Numbered from the stretch's first letter, positions 9,670 to 17,521 are shown. The stretch is 18,050 nt of DNA from Myxococcota bacterium (GCA_040752415.1 JBFMGU010000210.1:1-18050); one strand, 5' to 3'. Program-made: numbers and translations. The notes: a model not told the origin generated them from the letters alone.

Positions 9670-9685
9670 TGGCCTGGGGCTTGCT
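9670..9685 (+). promoter_or_regulatory. Putative sigma54 (-24/-12) promoter for cytochrome c - GGDEF genes
   Basis: TGGCCTGGGGCTTGCT: GG-N10-GC with TGGC and TTGCT. The predicted start site (~9696) falls just before the GAGGAGG RBS of 9713. Confidence 0.6.
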
Positions 9686-9712
9686 GAGCTCCATGGCGAG
9701 GAGGTTAGGGCC

Positions 9713-10210
9713 ATGGATCTCAAGTTGAAGGTTCTGCTGGTGTCCGGTCTGGTGGTGGGTGGTGGTGTCGTCGGGCTGTGGAGCATGTCGGTGGCGCCGC
9801 TGCCGCCAACGGTGCAGGCGGCCACGCAGGAGGCCACGCGGGCGCGCAAGGAGATCGGGGATCACATGGATGAGTTCCTGCGCCACCACGCCCGCACCGA
9901 GTCCGCGCTGGCCGCTGGCCACAAGGAGCGCGCCCTGGCGCACCTCACGGTGATGACGGAGATCACCGAGGAGCTTGACGCGGAGTACCTCCACAACCGC
10001 GTGCCGCCGGAGGACCTGGCGCGCCTGCGCCGCTCCCTGACCAGCGCCCACGACGCGGTGGCCAGGGACGAGCTGACCGCCGGCGCGCAGGTTGCGGCGC
10101 TGCGCAGCGACTGCATCCGTTGTCACGTGGCCAACCACGGTCCGCGCCTGGGCCTGGTGCTGGTCCCCTCGGAGCAGGCGCCCGAGGCCACACCGGAACG
10201 CGCGCCCTGA
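9713..10210 (+). CDS. Exported or membrane-anchored monoheme cytochrome c, class II (c'/c556-like four-helix bundle)
   Basis: N-terminal hydrophobic segment, helical body and a single CxxCH (CIRCH) near the C-terminus, as in class II cytochromes c. GAGGAGG RBS. Confidence 0.75.
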   Translation: MDLKLKVLLVSGLVVGGGVVGLWSMSVAPLPPTVQAATQEATRARKEIGDHMDEFLRHHARTESALAAGHKERALAHLTVMTEITEELDAEYLHNRVPPEDLARLRRSLTSAHDAVARDELTAGAQVAALRSDCIRCHVANHGPRLGLVLVPSEQAPEATPERAP

Positions 10211-10234
10211 CGGGGGCGCAGGAGGCTGACGCAC

Positions 10235-11056
10235 ATGGTGCGGTCCGGGAGCCAGACGACGCATTCGCTGCGTGTGGGGCTCACCGGGTCGCTCCTGGCG
10301 GCCGGCGGTCCCTCGCGCGCGGTGCGACTGGGCCTGGCCGCGCTGTTCCTCTCGGTGGGCGCGCCGCTGGGCCTGGTGCTGGTGTGGCTGGTCACCGGCG
10401 TCGACGACGTGGCGAACCTGCGACGCGTCACGCTCTGGTACGTGGGCGTCAGCACCGCCGCGGTGTTCACCGCCTTTGGCATGGTGGTGGGACGGCTGCT
10501 GGACCGCGTGGTGGCCGCGCGCGAGATGCTGCGCGTGGACGCCGGGCTGGATCCCCTCACCGGGCTGGCCAACCGTCGCGCATTCAACGTCCGCCTCCAC
10601 GACGAGGTGACCCGCGCCATCCGCACCCGCCAGCCCAGCGCGCTCATCATGCTGGACGTGGACCACTTCAAGCGCGTCAATGACACCTACGGCCATCCCG
10701 CCGGCGACGCCGTCTTGCGCCAGGTGGCGCTGTGCATGCGGGCCAATTGTCGCAGCATTGATTTCCCGGCGCGCTACGGCGGTGAGGAGTTCGTGATCAT
10801 TGCTCCCGGGCTGCGCTTTCCCGACGCATTCCAGGTGGCCGAGCGCATCCGCACCACGGTGGGGCGCGCGGTGACGTTGTGGACGCATGAGCGCATCCGC
10901 GTGACCATCTCCGCCGGCGTGGCCACCACCGAGCAGATCTCCCCCGACGCCGACCCGCAGCTGCTGGTGGACAAGGCGGATGAGGCGCTGCTGGTGGCCA
11001 AGCGCAGCGGTCGCAACATGGTGCATCCGCGCACGCCGCCGGAGCCGTGGCGCTGA
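10235..11056 (+). CDS. Membrane-bound diguanylate cyclase (2 TM + GGDEF)
   Basis: DPLTGLANRR, LIMLDVDHFKRVNDTYGHPAGD, I-site RSID, ARYGGEEF, TISAGVA and ADEALLVAKRSGRN. Two N-terminal hydrophobic helices and an AGGAGG RBS. Confidence 0.95.
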   Translation: MVRSGSQTTHSLRVGLTGSLLAAGGPSRAVRLGLAALFLSVGAPLGLVLVWLVTGVDDVANLRRVTLWYVGVSTAAVFTAFGMVVGRLLDRVVAAREMLRVDAGLDPLTGLANRRAFNVRLHDEVTRAIRTRQPSALIMLDVDHFKRVNDTYGHPAGDAVLRQVALCMRANCRSIDFPARYGGEEFVIIAPGLRFPDAFQVAERIRTTVGRAVTLWTHERIRVTISAGVATTEQISPDADPQLLVDKADEALLVAKRSGRNMVHPRTPPEPWR

Positions 11057-11151
11057 GACGCACGCGCAGCCCGTTGCGCAGGACTTGCTGCGTGCGCGCC
11101 AGGAATGCGGCGGCTCCCGGCCCCATCCGTCACGACGTGGGAACGCCGCGG

Positions 11152-11167
11152 TGGCACGTCTCCCGCA
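11152..11167 (+). promoter_or_regulatory. Putative sigma54 promoter for the USP gene
   Basis: TGGCACGTCTCCCGCA: perfect TGGCACG -24 box and GG-N10-GC spacing, though the -12 lacks TT. Correct distance to the RBS and ATG 11196. Confidence 0.55.
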
Positions 11168-11195
11168 ATGACTGGAGCGGAGAGGAGAACGAGCC

Positions 11196-11618
11196 ATGAT
11201 CAAGCACATCCTGGTGGGCGTTGATGGATCGGACGTGTCACGCAAGGCGGTCCGGTTTGCGTTGGGACTGCAGCGGATGACCCATGCCAAGGTCACGCTG
11301 GTGAGCGTGCTGGAGCCGTTCCCGTTGGCCACGGTGGAGCCGCTCAACATCACGCGGGCCCAGGTGTACGAGATGCAGCTGCAGGGCGCGCGCGCGGTGC
11401 TGCAGAACCTGGCGGCGGAGTTCCCGGCGGACAAGGTGGAGCAGGTCATCGAGACCGGCAGCGCCGCGGACGTGCTCTGCGCGCAGGCGGAGGAGCGCAA
11501 CGCGGACATGGTGGTCCTGGGGCGTCGCGGGCTGAGCACCGTCGAGCGGTGGCTGGTGGGCTCGGTCACCGAGCGCGTCATCCGGCACTGCAAGCGACCG
11601 GTGACGGTGGTGCACTGA
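11196..11618 (+). CDS. Universal stress protein (UspA family)
   Basis: IKHILVGVDGS, ADMVVLGRRG..., LVGSVTERVIRHCKRPVTVV. AGGAG RBS. Confidence 0.95.
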   Translation: MIKHILVGVDGSDVSRKAVRFALGLQRMTHAKVTLVSVLEPFPLATVEPLNITRAQVYEMQLQGARAVLQNLAAEFPADKVEQVIETGSAADVLCAQAEERNADMVVLGRRGLSTVERWLVGSVTERVIRHCKRPVTVVH

Positions 11619-11911
11619 CGTTGGCTCTCCGTAGCTGCACGCGGAGCCGCACGTCCACCACAGCAGAGTCCCTTTCTACCCAGTTGGACAGCACGATCGA
11701 CGGAAACCGGTCGGCAGTTTCTCGCGGTGGTGGACGGCGAACGTCGGGGCGCTGCGCGTCCGCACGTTCCCTTGGCGGGCACCAACCACTGAGCCCCGGT
11801 TGCGTTGCGCCATCCCCTACTTTGTGATGACGTCAACGGCGCAAACGCATGGCACGTGCACGTCGTGGGAGGCGTTGCCTCCATCGTGCCCTGGCTGCCG
11901 CCAAAGGCTTC

Positions 11912-14278
11912 GTGACGCAACCGGCTGACCCTGCTCCCACCGTTCCCCAGCGACTCCTGCACGCGGCGCGTGAGATGGCGTGGCCCACCCTCCTGTGTGC
12001 GGCGGGGGTCATCATCCACTGGTGGTGGCTGCAACAGGACGAGACGCCGCTGTTCTGGGACACGGCGCGTCACGGCATCAACGCCCTTGCTACACACGAC
12101 ACCCTGTTCAATCCGGCACTGCCCCTCAGCTACCGGGTGGCGCAGGCGTATTTCGGCCCAGAGGCATACTACCCGCCGCTGTACTACGCCGTCGCGGCGC
12201 TGTTCGTACAGGCGCTGGGGCGCACCGCCGACGCCGTGGCGGCAACGGGAACCCTGTTCTTCGTCATCATGACCTGGGCGGTCTGTTTCGCGGCTCGTCG
12301 CGTGGGTGGCCGTGCTGCCGCCTCCCTGGCGCCCCTCCTGACGCTCGCGGCGCCGATGCTGTTCGATTTTGCCCACCAGGTCATGTTGGACTTCGCGCTT
12401 ACCGCGTGGGTCGCCGTGGGGCTCGCTCTGCTCGTGCAGCGCCCCCTGGCATCGGTGGAGCGTTCGGTTGGGCTTGGGTTGACCTTCGCCGCCGGCGTGC
12501 TCACGAAATGGACCTACCCCGCTTTCGTGGTCCTCCCGTTGCTCGATGAGTTCGTGCAGGAGGTGCGCGGTCGTCGCGGTGGCTCGCCACCCCCGTGGAA
12601 GGCCGTTGGGAATGCGCTCATTGCCTTGCTCATTCCGGTGTTGCTCTGCCAGCCGTGGTTGTCAGCCAGGTGGTCTGACCTGAGGGGCACGTCGGAATCC
12701 AGCACCCACGTTCCCGGATTCTCGGGGTCGCTCCTGGATGGCCTCCCGCAGCGCGTCTTCCAGCAAACGGCGTTCCTGCACCAGTTCCAGCTGGATGGCT
12801 TCCTCGTCATCGTCTTGGCGCTGTGCGCGCTGCTGTGGCCCCGGCTCTCGACCGCACAGGCGGGACGTCCGCTCTGGCTATGCCTGGCCTCGTCGTTGTT
12901 GACGTGGGGTGTCTTCGGGCGGCACGCCGATGCGCGCTATGCCATGCCCCAGCTCGCCGCCGTCGTGCCACTGGTGGCGTGCTGGCCCGCGGTCATGGCG
13001 GCGTGGCGAGGCGAAAGTTGGCGTCAGCCTTGCGCTGCTGCGGTTGCGCTTTGGAGCGCCTTCGTTGTCGTGAACCTCATGCTTGCGCCCGAGCTCTTTG
13101 CGCACCCATGGCTGCAGGCGATGAGGGTTCCTCCTCAACGAGGCTATCACGCTGGCCCGCCTGCGGACGCGGGTCCTGCACAGTCCATGGAGAAGGTCAT
13201 GGACGTCATTCGCGCGTCCGGCCGGCCGCAACATGCATGGTTCGTTGGTGACAGCAATGAGCCAGGGATCGAGCCATTTGCGATGGCGTTCCTTGCCGCG
13301 CGCGACAACGTCGTCCTCGGCCGAGATAACCCGGCATTCGTGATTGATTACTCGCCGGAGGCGTGGGCGACCGCGCCGCACCCGGAGACCTGTCTGGAAC
13401 GCATCACGGAATTCCCGACGCTCCAACAAGGGGCCAGGTCCGTGGTGCGGCTCGTTCATCGTTTTGCCAACTGGGAGGAGGCCTGTCGTGACAAAGCCCA
13501 GCTCAGCTTGGCCCAGAGCTTTGCGTGGGTTGGCCGCGACACCTACCAGTTGCTGCGAGTTGCATCGGCAGGAGAGCTCGTCGCGGTGTTGCGGATGCAG
13601 GGCACCGACATTGCCGGCATCGTGATCCAGGGTCCGTTGGAGTTGGTGGTTCGCGGCCCTGCCGACGAGCTGAGCTTGTGGGCGAAAGGCGCTGTCGCGG
13701 CAACCGTGGAGCCGCTGACGGAGGCACAACTGGGCGCAGGTCATCTTGCTATCGACCTGGGCCTGGACAGCGTTCACGTCGAGGATGGGCCGCTCCCGGG
13801 ACTGCGGAACGTGTTTGCGGGTGGTGTCGCGAAGCGGTGGGTGCTGTATGGCCCCTTTGTGCACTTGGACAAGGGTGGATACGCGGCACGCGTGACACTG
13901 CTCCCCACCCGGCCCCTGTCGGGACGCGAGGTTGTGAAGCTCATCGTTGCAGGTCCGGGTCAGAACCATGCCCAGGTTGACGTCGAGGGTGATGGAGCGG
14001 TGATGACCTCGGGGCGCGCTTGCACCATCCAGACGCCATTCACGTTGTCCCGGCGAACACCCGGCATGGAAGTGAAGGTCGTATTGCAGGATCTCCAAAC
14101 TGGTCAGGAGATCCGCGTCGTGCGGAAGGAGCTCGTGGTGCCTTCTGTGACCGTGCTCGAGACGTTTCTCTCTGCCAATCCACTGCGGCCCCTGAATCGA
14201 CACTTCTTCCGCGTGGTGGGGGTTGGCCGGGAAGACCCGACCCAAGCTCCCGCCTGCAACGTCGCCGGAGATCATTGA
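11912..14278 (+). CDS. ArnT/PMT-like (GT-C fold, GT83/GT39-type) membrane glycosyltransferase with long soluble C-terminal extension
   Basis: PLFWDTARH, YYPPLYY, MLDFALTAWV, GVLTKWT and DARYAMP motifs with multiple TM helices. The C-terminal region carries LYGPFVHLDKGGY. The start is uncertain (11849, 11912 or 11975). Confidence 0.8.
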   Translation: MTQPADPAPTVPQRLLHAAREMAWPTLLCAAGVIIHWWWLQQDETPLFWDTARHGINALATHDTLFNPALPLSYRVAQAYFGPEAYYPPLYYAVAALFVQALGRTADAVAATGTLFFVIMTWAVCFAARRVGGRAAASLAPLLTLAAPMLFDFAHQVMLDFALTAWVAVGLALLVQRPLASVERSVGLGLTFAAGVLTKWTYPAFVVLPLLDEFVQEVRGRRGGSPPPWKAVGNALIALLIPVLLCQPWLSARWSDLRGTSESSTHVPGFSGSLLDGLPQRVFQQTAFLHQFQLDGFLVIVLALCALLWPRLSTAQAGRPLWLCLASSLLTWGVFGRHADARYAMPQLAAVVPLVACWPAVMAAWRGESWRQPCAAAVALWSAFVVVNLMLAPELFAHPWLQAMRVPPQRGYHAGPPADAGPAQSMEKVMDVIRASGRPQHAWFVGDSNEPGIEPFAMAFLAARDNVVLGRDNPAFVIDYSPEAWATAPHPETCLERITEFPTLQQGARSVVRLVHRFANWEEACRDKAQLSLAQSFAWVGRDTYQLLRVASAGELVAVLRMQGTDIAGIVIQGPLELVVRGPADELSLWAKGAVAATVEPLTEAQLGAGHLAIDLGLDSVHVEDGPLPGLRNVFAGGVAKRWVLYGPFVHLDKGGYAARVTLLPTRPLSGREVVKLIVAGPGQNHAQVDVEGDGAVMTSGRACTIQTPFTLSRRTPGMEVKVVLQDLQTGQEIRVVRKELVVPSVTVLETFLSANPLRPLNRHFFRVVGVGREDPTQAPACNVAGDH

Positions 14279-14290
14279 ACGCAGCGGACG

Positions 14291-14309
14291 GGCTTGGCCT
14301 GCCCAAGCC
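14291..14309 (+). terminator. Small GC-rich hairpin after the glycosyltransferase stop (possible terminator)
   Basis: GGCTTGG-cctgc-CCAAGCC 12 nt after the stop. No U-tract. Confidence 0.3.
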
Positions 14310-14468
14310 AGGTTCCCGACGGAGGTGCGCGCTGAATCACGTCAGTTTGGCGTGTGGGGAGTCAAACACGTAACGGCGGTGGTCCGCTGACCCCTCGCCG
14401 CACCTCGGGTGAACTGCTGACTTTCCTTCTCCACGCGGTCGCGAGCACGTCCTTCGGCGCCGGCGCAC

Positions 14469-14643
14469 CCTGGGAGGGCCCGACAATCACCCGGGAGCGT
14501 CCGACAATCACCCGGGAACACTTTGGCGCTGCCCGGGAGCGTCCGACAATCACCCGGGACCATCTCGGCACTGCCCGGGAGGGCCCGACAATCACCCGGG
14601 AGCGTCCGACAATCACCCGGGAACACTTTGGCGCCACCCGGGA
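14469..14643 (+). repeat. 21-bp-period tandem array: CCCGGGA core plus a 14-nt variable module (8 full units and a 9th core)
   Basis: Cores at 14469 (CCTGGGA), 14490, 14511, 14532, 14553, 14574, 14595, 14616 and 14637. Modules in order: GGGCCCGACAATCA, GCGTCCGACAATCA, ACACTTTGGCGCTG, GCGTCCGACAATCA, CCATCTCGGCACTG, GGGCCCGACAATCA, GCGTCCGACAATCA, ACACTTTGGCGCCA. Confidence 0.95.
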
Positions 14644-14668
14644 AGGCTCCCGCAGCCCGCCAGAGCGG

Positions 14669-14780
14669 TCCCGGCTGAATGTCGGGCCGCCCCGGGTGAT
14701 TGTCGGAGTGTCCCCGGGTGATTGTCGCGCCTCCCGGGGAGTGCCGAGATGGTCCCGGGCAGCGGCTGGATGTACCCGGC
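14669..14780 (-). repeat. Inverted, more degenerate copy of the 21-bp array (5 units plus a core)
   Basis: Minus strand from 14780: GCCGGGT-ACATCCAGCCGCTG, CCCGGGA-CCATCTCGGCACTC, CCCGGGA-GGCGCGACAATCA, CCCGGGG-ACACTCCGACAATCA, CCCGGGG-CGGCCCGACATTCA, GCCGGGA. Confidence 0.9.
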
Positions 14781-14816
14781 GTGAGGAGGAATCCGAGCAG
14801 CCGCTCGGGGGATGCA

Positions 14817-17477
14817 CTACCGGAACAGCCGCTTGCCCAGCTCCAACACCGGGACCACCGTCGCGGCGGCGCCCAGGATCACCAGCCAGTCCGTGCCGGT
14901 GAGGTTGTACGTGCCAAACACGTTCTCCAGCGTCGGCACGTGCACCACCAGCGCCAGCAGCACCAGCTCCGCCACGATGGCCAGGTTCAGCCACCGGTTC
15001 GCAAACGGCTTCTCCCAGGCGTGCGCGCGCAGGGAGCGGAAGCTGTACGCCTTGAGGAACTGGATCAGCACCAGGGAGACGAACGTCATCGTCATGGCCT
15101 CCTGGAGGCTCCGCCCGCTGATGAGCGCACCGGCAAACAGCGCCACGTTCACCACCGCCGACCAGACCCCGCCCATCACGATCTGCGACACCACCCGTCG
15201 GGAGAGCAGGCCGCGCGTGTCGGTGGGGGTGCGGGCCATGAGGTCGGAGGCGTGCGGGTCCACGCTGAGGGCCAACGCGGGGAGCCCGTCGGTGACCAGG
15301 TTCACGTAGAGGATCTGCAACGCGGTGAGCGGCACCGGCAGCCCCAACAGCGCCGCCGCTCCCATCAGCGCCATCTCCCCAATGTTCGACGACAACAGGT
15401 ACATCAACGTCTTCTGCACGTTGTCGTAGATGGCGCGGCCTTCCTCCACCGCCGCCACGATGGTGGCGAAGTTGTCGTCGGCCAACGTCATGGACGCGGC
15501 CTGCCGCGCCACGTCGGTGCCCTTGATGCCCATGGCCACGCCAATGTCCGCCTTCTTGAGCGCCGGCGCGTCGTTGACGCCGTCACCGGTCATGGCGGTC
15601 ACCTGCTTCTGCGCCTGCAGCGCGCCCACCACGCGCAGCTTGTCCGCCGGAGAGACGCGCGCGTAGATGTCCACCTCGCCCACCAGCCGCGACAACGCCC
15701 GCTCATCCAGCGCGCTCAGCTCCGCGCCGGTGGCCACGCGCTCGCTGCGCGGCAGGCCCAGCTCCCGGGCCACCGCCTGCGCGGTGAGCGGGTGGTCGCC
15801 GGTGATCATCAGCACGCGCACACCCGCCAGGCGACACGTCGCAATCGCCTCGCGCGCTTCCGGGCGGGGCGGGTCCATCATCCCCACCAGGCCCAGCAGG
15901 GTCATCTCCCGCTCCGCGTTCTCCGTGGTGGCGTGGGTGCGTTCGGCCACGGCCAGCACGCGCAGCGCGTGACGCTGCATGTCCTGCGCGGCGGCCAAGA
16001 TCTCGCGGCGCGTTCCCTCGTCGGGCGGACGCGGACCATGGCCCGTGGCCACGTGGGTGCATCCCTCCAGCACCACCTCCGCGGCGCCCTTGGAGAAGGC
16101 CACCGTGTCGCCGTCCGCGCGGTGCAGCGTGGTCATGCGCTTGCGGTCGGAGGTGAAGGGGATCTCGCCCACGCGCGGCATCCGGCGGGTCAGCTCCTCG
16201 GCCTCCAGGCCCGCCTTCATGGCCGCCACCACCAGCGCGCCCTCGGTGGGGTCACCCTGCGCGGTCCATTGCCGGGTCTCGGGGTCCAGGCGCACGCGTG
16301 CGTCGCTGGCCAACAGGGCGGCCGTGAGCAGCTGTCGGGCCACGTCAGTGGGCTCCACCGGTGCGCCGCCCCGCAGGAAGCTCCCCTTGGGCTCGTAGCC
16401 GCTGCCGCCCAGCTCCAACAGCTCGCCCCCCACGTAGAGCTGGCGCACCGTCATCTGGTCCTGCGTGAGCGTCCCGGTCTTGTCCGAGCAGATGACCGTG
16501 GTGCTGCCCAGCGTCTCCACCGTGGTCAGCTTGCGCACCATGGCGCGGCGCGCCGCCATGCGCTGGACGCCCAGGGCCAGCGTCACCGTCACCACCGCGG
16601 GCAGGCTCTCCGGCACCACCGCCACCGCCAGCGCCATGCCGAACAGCAGCATCTCCAGGAACGGCTGCCCGCTGGTGAACCCCCGCACCACGACGATGAG
16701 CACCACCCCCAGCGCGCCCACCGCCAGGTAGTGGCCCACCTTGTCCAGCTTGGCCTGCAACGGCGTGGGGGGCGCCTGGACCTGCTGGACCATGGTGGCA
16801 ATGCGGCCCACCTCGGTGTGGCGCCCGGTGGCGGTGGCCAGCGCGCGACCGCGCCCGTGCACCACGGTGGTGGCGGCGTGGACCATGTTGGCGCGGTCGG
16901 CCACCGCGTGCTCCCCCTTGGGCAGCGCGCGGATGTGTTTGTCCACCGGGAGGCTCTCCCCGGTCAGCGGCGCCTCGTCCACGCGCAGGTCCGCGCCCTC
17001 CATCACGCGACCGTCCGCCGGCACCCGGTCCCCCGCCGCGAGCACCATGACGTCGCCGGGGACCACTTCCGCGGCGCGCACGCGCTGGTGTTGGCCACCT
17101 CGCACCACCACGGCGTGGGGCGCGGCCATGCGCTGCAACGCCTCCAGCGCGCGCTCCGCGCGGTACTCCTGCAGGAAGCCCAGCCCCGCGCTCAGCACCA
17201 TGATGATGCCAATGGTGACGGCCTCGGTGGTGTGTCCCAGCCACAGGGACAGCCCGGTGGCCACCACCAGCACCAGCATCAGCACGTTCTTGAACTGCGC
17301 CAGCAAGAGCACCAGGGGGCTGACCCGCTTCTCCGTGCCCAGCTCGTTGGGGCCGTACGCCGCCAGCCGGCGCGCCGCCTCCTCCCCGGTCAGGCCCGCA
17401 TCCGGGTTGGAGCCCAGCGCCGCGGCGGTCTCCCCCGGGGACAGGAGGTGCGCGGTCGTTCCAGGCTGGGCTTCCAT
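14817..17477 (-). CDS. Cation-transporting P-type ATPase, P2A (Ca2+, SERCA/PacL-like)
   Basis: [21 protein letters not shown] (M4), [47 protein letters not shown] (M5) and [17 protein letters not shown] (M6). The start at 17477 is supported by the upstream sigma54 promoter position. Alternative start 17492. Confidence 0.95.
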   Translation of the reverse strand: MEAQPGTTAHLLSPGETAAALGSNPDAGLTGEEAARRLAAYGPNELGTEKRVSPLVLLLAQFKNVLMLVLVVATGLSLWLGHTTEAVTIGIIMVLSAGLGFLQEYRAERALEALQRMAAPHAVVVRGGQHQRVRAAEVVPGDVMVLAAGDRVPADGRVMEGADLRVDEAPLTGESLPVDKHIRALPKGEHAVADRANMVHAATTVVHGRGRALATATGRHTEVGRIATMVQQVQAPPTPLQAKLDKVGHYLAVGALGVVLIVVVRGFTSGQPFLEMLLFGMALAVAVVPESLPAVVTVTLALGVQRMAARRAMVRKLTTVETLGSTTVICSDKTGTLTQDQMTVRQLYVGGELLELGGSGYEPKGSFLRGGAPVEPTDVARQLLTAALLASDARVRLDPETRQWTAQGDPTEGALVVAAMKAGLEAEELTRRMPRVGEIPFTSDRKRMTTLHRADGDTVAFSKGAAEVVLEGCTHVATGHGPRPPDEGTRREILAAAQDMQRHALRVLAVAERTHATTENAEREMTLLGLVGMMDPPRPEAREAIATCRLAGVRVLMITGDHPLTAQAVARELGLPRSERVATGAELSALDERALSRLVGEVDIYARVSPADKLRVVGALQAQKQVTAMTGDGVNDAPALKKADIGVAMGIKGTDVARQAASMTLADDNFATIVAAVEEGRAIYDNVQKTLMYLLSSNIGEMALMGAAALLGLPVPLTALQILYVNLVTDGLPALALSVDPHASDLMARTPTDTRGLLSRRVVSQIVMGGVWSAVVNVALFAGALISGRSLQEAMTMTFVSLVLIQFLKAYSFRSLRAHAWEKPFANRWLNLAIVAELVLLALVVHVPTLENVFGTYNLTGTDWLVILGAAATVVPVLELGKRLFR

Positions 17478-17505
17478 GGTTTCCACTCGCATGTCCGAGC
17501 CCGGA

Positions 17506-17521
17506 CGCAATGGCGGTGCCA
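17506..17521 (-). promoter_or_regulatory. Putative sigma54 promoter for the P-type ATPase
   Basis: The minus strand reads TGGCACCGCCATTGCG, a near-perfect TGGCAC-N5-TTGC. Confidence 0.75.

Noticed and set aside
10670..10710. Hypr-type GGDEF (3',3'-cGAMP synthase) as found in Myxococcota/Geobacter
   Set aside because: The specificity position reads NDTYGHPAGD with the canonical Asp, not the Ser of Hypr enzymes.
11690..11720. GEMM-I (c-di-GMP/cGAMP) riboswitch suggested by GACGGAAA near a GGDEF gene
   Set aside because: The upstream AAACC/GNRA P2 hairpin and the P3 receptor are not present.
11821..11840. FNR/CRP box (TGTGATGACGTCAA)
   Set aside because: Half-site spacing is one base short for both TTGAT-N4-ATCAA and TGTGA-N6-TCACA.
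9062..12376. Long shadow ORFs (9062..12376 -, 14700..17789 +, 2383..3948 +, 6273..7985 +, 5986..7761 - and others)
   Set aside because: These are antisense or off-frame shadows of well-supported genes in high-GC DNA, Arg/His/Pro-rich with no motifs.
14274..14318. Integron attC site after the glycosyltransferase stop (ATTGAAC...GTTC)
   Set aside because: Too short, a poor match to RYYYAAC/GTTRRRY, and no integrase or cassette array.
14469..14780. CRISPR or TIGR-type guide array
   Set aside because: The constant part is only 7 nt, the 14-nt 'spacers' recur rather than being unique, the period is 21 bp, and there is no cas/tas-like gene in the window.
14342..14994. ORFs across the repeat (14354..14902 +, 14342..14626 -, 14362..14994 -) encoding heptad repeats such as PTITRER
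   Set aside because: Open frames on both strands follow from a 21-bp stop-poor repeat. There are no convincing RBSs, and two of the ORFs overlap the ATPase 3' end. Translation cannot be fully excluded without ribosome profiling.
15040..16630. Unusual ion specificity of the P-type ATPase (PESL instead of PEGL; Gln at the M8 Glu position)
   Set aside because: The M4 Glu and the M5/M6 Ca2+ ligands (N, E, N, T, D) are intact, and such variants are within the normal range of bacterial P2A pumps.
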